A stretch of DNA of 64,000 bases, filler included, from Asterionella formosa (Eukaryota): NCBI GenBank assembly GCA_002256025.1. It is 23 parts of 23 records of this genome, joined end to end, with 100 filler letters (N's around TTAATTAATTAA, not from the genome) between each part and the next. Parts side by side here need not be neighbours in the genome. Positions count along the whole stretch, not along the records: positions 58,552 to 61,229 come from NKIB01014964.1; positions 61,330 to 64,000 come from NKIB01014976.1; 21 more parts are not named here. One strand, 5' to 3'. A model generated the notes under the pieces. The model searched no databases. It had not been told where the DNA came from and saw nothing but the letters and a program-made list of their open reading frames with translations. The translations under genes and the position numbers were made by a program. How positions within the stretch are numbered: the stretch's first letter is position 1; each line of letters opens with the position of its first letter. Shown in pieces: positions 60,266 through 64,000 of this stretch.

Positions 60266-61329
60266 AAAGTCGCACACAATGAACTCCAGCCACAAGGAGT
60301 ATATAAACCGAGATAGGCATGGAAGTATCTTTCTTGGTTTTGCAACTTTTCAACCATTTCTACTTCTGAAGTGTTGTCAGCCACGTTTCCGCCGATATTT
60401 TCATTCATCGCATGAATTTGTTCATCAAATAAATGAGAATCACTGAGTTCTTCTTCATTATCAGCGATTTCGGGAGAATGAGGAGCAAAATACGACACTG
60501 GATGGTGGAGCTGTGACTCTGTACGAATAGAGTCTTCATCCACGAAGACCAACAACTGTTTGGGTTTCCTCTTCAAAAGCAATCTTTCCTTCTTTTCCAT
60601 CTCAGCCACTATTGTATCGGCATACTTCATTATTTTTTCTGGAGTATTATGAATCTGTTCAAATTCATTTGATCTTTGAGTGTATTCAAAGTAATCTTCG
60701 ATTGATTTCATAAGTTTCTTCATCTTCTTTTCCGAAAACATAAAGTCGTGTAGTGTAAACAATGGAAGTAAGTCTCGTTTCTTGTTTGACTGATCCTTTC
60801 CATGAAATCCGTGAAATGCAATTTGGAGAGTTGTCAAAATGGCCAGAAGACTATGATGTAAAACAGTGGAAGGGAAACGCGGAGCTTTTCGCGGAGCTTT
60901 TTGCGGCGCTTGTGGAGGTGCAACTGGTGTGATGGTAACTGAGTGTAGTAATTGTTGAACAGAGCACAGCGTAATATGCATGTTCCGCCAGCGTAGTGTT
61001 TACACAATACACATGCTGGCATATGCCGGTATATAGCTAAAACAAGGAAAGACGACATGACAATGAACGTGATGGCTGGTTGTTGAGGATACCGGTATGT
61101 GATATGCATCAATCCATATCACAAATCATATTATAGTGATGTACATATCAACGCATCCGTATACTTAGATCCTATCCACTGTGTAATACAATCATATTAA
61201 CTGTTGACTTTAACTGTATACATTATACGNNNNNNNNNNNNNNNNNNNNNNNNNNNNNNNNNNNNNNNNNNNNTTAATTAATTAANNNNNNNNNNNNNNN
61301 NNNNNNNNNNNNNNNNNNNNNNNNNNNNN

Positions 61330-62565
61330 GAGGGTGGGAAACAAAGGGTTATGCAAGGTTCAATACAATTTATGATCAAGTCGAGCACCTACGTGAGTCT
61401 GCAAACAGCATTGCTTTGGAGTCTATGTTCATGAATATGCAAAAGAAGGATACAAATGTGACCAAAATGGGAGGTAAGAAATGAATTGTTATTATCAATA
61501 TTAGTATTATTCTCATTTACTATCTAACACTAACGTAATCACAATTGTAATGTTGGTAAGTTCTTGCATATATGCCACCAGTGATTAGGTTACGAAACGA
61601 CCTGGGGAAGGCAAAAACTCCAAGTACCGCTAGTATCCCTCCCACAGCCTCTTCAATTAGCGATCTTTCGGGCACTTCACCAGCAACTGAAAGAAGCAGC
61701 ACCCCGTTAAGAAATCCAATTCGTGTTGATGGTTCTTTCCCACGGCCACCCAATGTGGCCTCGCTACCAACAAGGGAAGGAAATGTGACACCATCAGAAA
61801 ATGAACTTAATGGAATGTCAGGAAGTTCTATTAAAAGCTTATCGAATCGCTCACAAAGTTCGACTAAAACACCCACTACTTTGAACCAGGTGCAAGTTAA
61901 CTGGAAATCATCGTTGGACAAGGATTTTATGAATTGTAAGCGCCAAGGGATGGCTATTCTGGTTATGGAAGCCATGACAAAACGTATGGAACGTCATTAC
62001 CTGACAGTTCCCAAAGAACACCAAGAGATGTTAAAGGCAAACAACAACTATAAAGCATTCTACCAGATGACTATGGAGGATCTCCATGACAGTGACATTC
62101 CTGAGTATAGGCGACTCGATAAAAAAAGATTCAAGAAATATTTCATTGAGTGCTATGCTGAGACATCGGGCAATTTCTCTGCTTACAATATAAGGGAACG
62201 AGCTTGCCATACTGAGGAGCTGAACAGAAGATATGCTGCTGCAAGAGAAGAAAATGTTAATCTACCTTATGAACATTACCTTACTACGGGTAGTAGTGTT
62301 CGGAGAAATATGATGCAGTGTGAAGAGAAAGGAGAAATGGAAGAGATCCAACCGTAACACATATACCTAGCTGTTAGTAAATGATAACTAATTTCGTATC
62401 TATGAAACAATGCATTTGCAGAGGATGTTATTTCTATATATCTCCAACGTCTGCGAGTCCTGCCAATATCTACTCATTACCTCAATCGTTTCGACTGGTG
62501 GCATCAAGTAAAACATTTGCGAGAACAAATGGATCAATGGGATATTGATCACAAACAGGAAGAAA
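61330..62565 (+). pseudogene. Transposon-associated hypothetical coding segments, truncated at the junction with an antisense PGRL1 fragment
   Basis: 61330-61473 reads GWETKGYARFNTIYDQVEHLR; ORF 61572-62357; apparent further exon from ~62423 (EDVISIYLQRLR..) runs into PGRL1 sequence. Confidence 0.45.
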
Positions 62566-62878
62566 CATTCATGACGACCATGTCAGATCCGTTCCGTTGC
62601 AAATCTTCCTTCAATAGGTCAAACTCGTCATCCTTGAGCATTTGCCTTCCAGTGGCATAGTAGGACTGAAGCGCGTCCAGAAAGATACGCTCCTTTTCGG
62701 CTACTGTGAGACAAATGAGTTCCCCACTTTCCGGATCGACGACACAGTATTCCTCGTCAGGAATGCATTCTTCTTCCTGCAAGTTAGTCTCAAAGAATCG
62801 TCCAGACTTGGCGTCATAAGCGATTTCTCTCGTTCCGCTCATAATGGTGATCTTTTCGTCGCTTCCTTCTTCGGCCAT
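62566..62878 (-). pseudogene. PGRL1: 3'-truncated PGRL1 copy
   Basis: MAEEGSDEKITIMSGTREIAYDAKSGRFFE..LQRNGSDMVVMN, then unrelated sequence. Confidence 0.92.
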
Positions 62879-63709
62879 TAAAAGTGGACCAGCAACACGA
62901 CCAGCTGTTGTTGTTGTCTTCCTTAAAGTTCGATGATCTTAAATTCATTTACCGGTACTGTCCCGCTGTAGTAGCAGCAGTCATAGACATATGGTGTTCT
63001 ATTTATACAATCCTAAAACTATGATGATTTACTATGGTGTGCTATTGCTTGCTTATTACTCCGACTACCGGTACCGCTTTTCAGTTTCACGATCATACAA
63101 TCCTAAAACTATGATGATTTACTGTCCCACTGTAATTGCAACAGTCATGAACATATGGTGTTCTATTTGTTTTTAGTTTTACGATCATACGATCCTAAAA
63201 CTATGATGATTTACTGTCCCACTGTAATTGCAACAGTCATGAACATATGGTGTTCTTTTGGTTTTTAATTATATGATCATACGATCCTAAAACTATGATG
63301 ATTTACTGTCCCACTGCAGTAGCATCAGTCCTGAACATATGGTGTTCTGTTGCTAGTTTACTACTCCGACTACCCCCAGTATATCACTTACTACCTGCTA
63401 CTGGTACTCTGTATATATATATGATATATTGTTATTGTCATACCGGTATGATGTACCGGTACACATGAAGAGCTCCCGACCAAAAAAGGGGCTTAAACAA
63501 TTTGCTACCAAAACCTTGGCGGCTATTTAACGGTCTAAATAATTAGTTTCAACGGACATAGAAAATATCGATGCAAACAAATTTCAGAAACAATTCCGGT
63601 ACACGTAGTCGTGGAAAACAATGGACATATAGTGCATTGAGTATTTTCGAATTATGTATATGCGAGTATGATCATCTCAACCATATCAGATGTTCCATAT
63701 CGAGAGCGC
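62879..63709 (-). repeat. Second copy of the PGRL1 upstream block including the 92-bp array (~62950-63348)
   Basis: Reverse complement of 58552-59410, with a different unit arrangement and small TA-flanked insertions. Confidence 0.93.
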
Positions 63710-64000
63710 GTTTGAATTTAATAAATGTATAACACTTAATATATATATATATATTTACAAATTTTATTTCTATATTCATGGCATATATATTTTTGAAATC
63801 GTTCTGTCATGTTAACAAACAATGCCTGCTGCTTCATGAAAAGATATGTCGTAGTAAAGCACATTAAAAGAATAGAAAATTTTCACAATACATAACGAAA
63901 AACATTGTGACTTCGACACATTGCGCATTCGAAGGATGGAGAATGTTTAAGGTAATGAAGCCATCAATGTGGTAGCTACTTGGATGACAATCGTTGGGAG

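Noticed and set aside
63880..64000. RING-like CxxC on the minus strand (FECAMCR)
   Set aside because: Too short and cut by the window edge.

Overview
The window is not one locus. It is 23 short contigs (about 2.68-2.70 kb each) joined by 22 artificial 100-nt linkers (44 N + TTAATTAATTAA + 44 N), so adjacency across linkers means nothing. Twenty-two contigs look like a repeat-rich diatom-type nuclear genome: short GT-AG introns, bipartite plastid presequence, PGRL1, and diatom-type Copia/Gypsy elements. Host-like genes include PA2G4/EBP1, an aldehyde dehydrogenase, an MFS transporter, a mitochondrial carrier and LRR/ankyrin proteins. Transposon remnants include Copia, Gypsy, Crypton, pogo, Harbinger, Kolobok-like and Plavaka-like elements. 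One high-GC contig (41871-44552) is betaproteobacterial (lysA-lysR-rpsU). Two contig pairs look like allelic haplotypes. Two observations stand out. (1) A multi-copy mosaic element with a 92-bp tandem array carries presequence-less copies or fragments of the photosynthetic gene PGRL1 in three contigs. (2) Polymorphic TA-(C..G)-TA micro-insertions and stacked arrays of them look like accumulated Tc1/mariner-pogo excision footprints. All family assignments come from motif recognition by eye; no database search was run.
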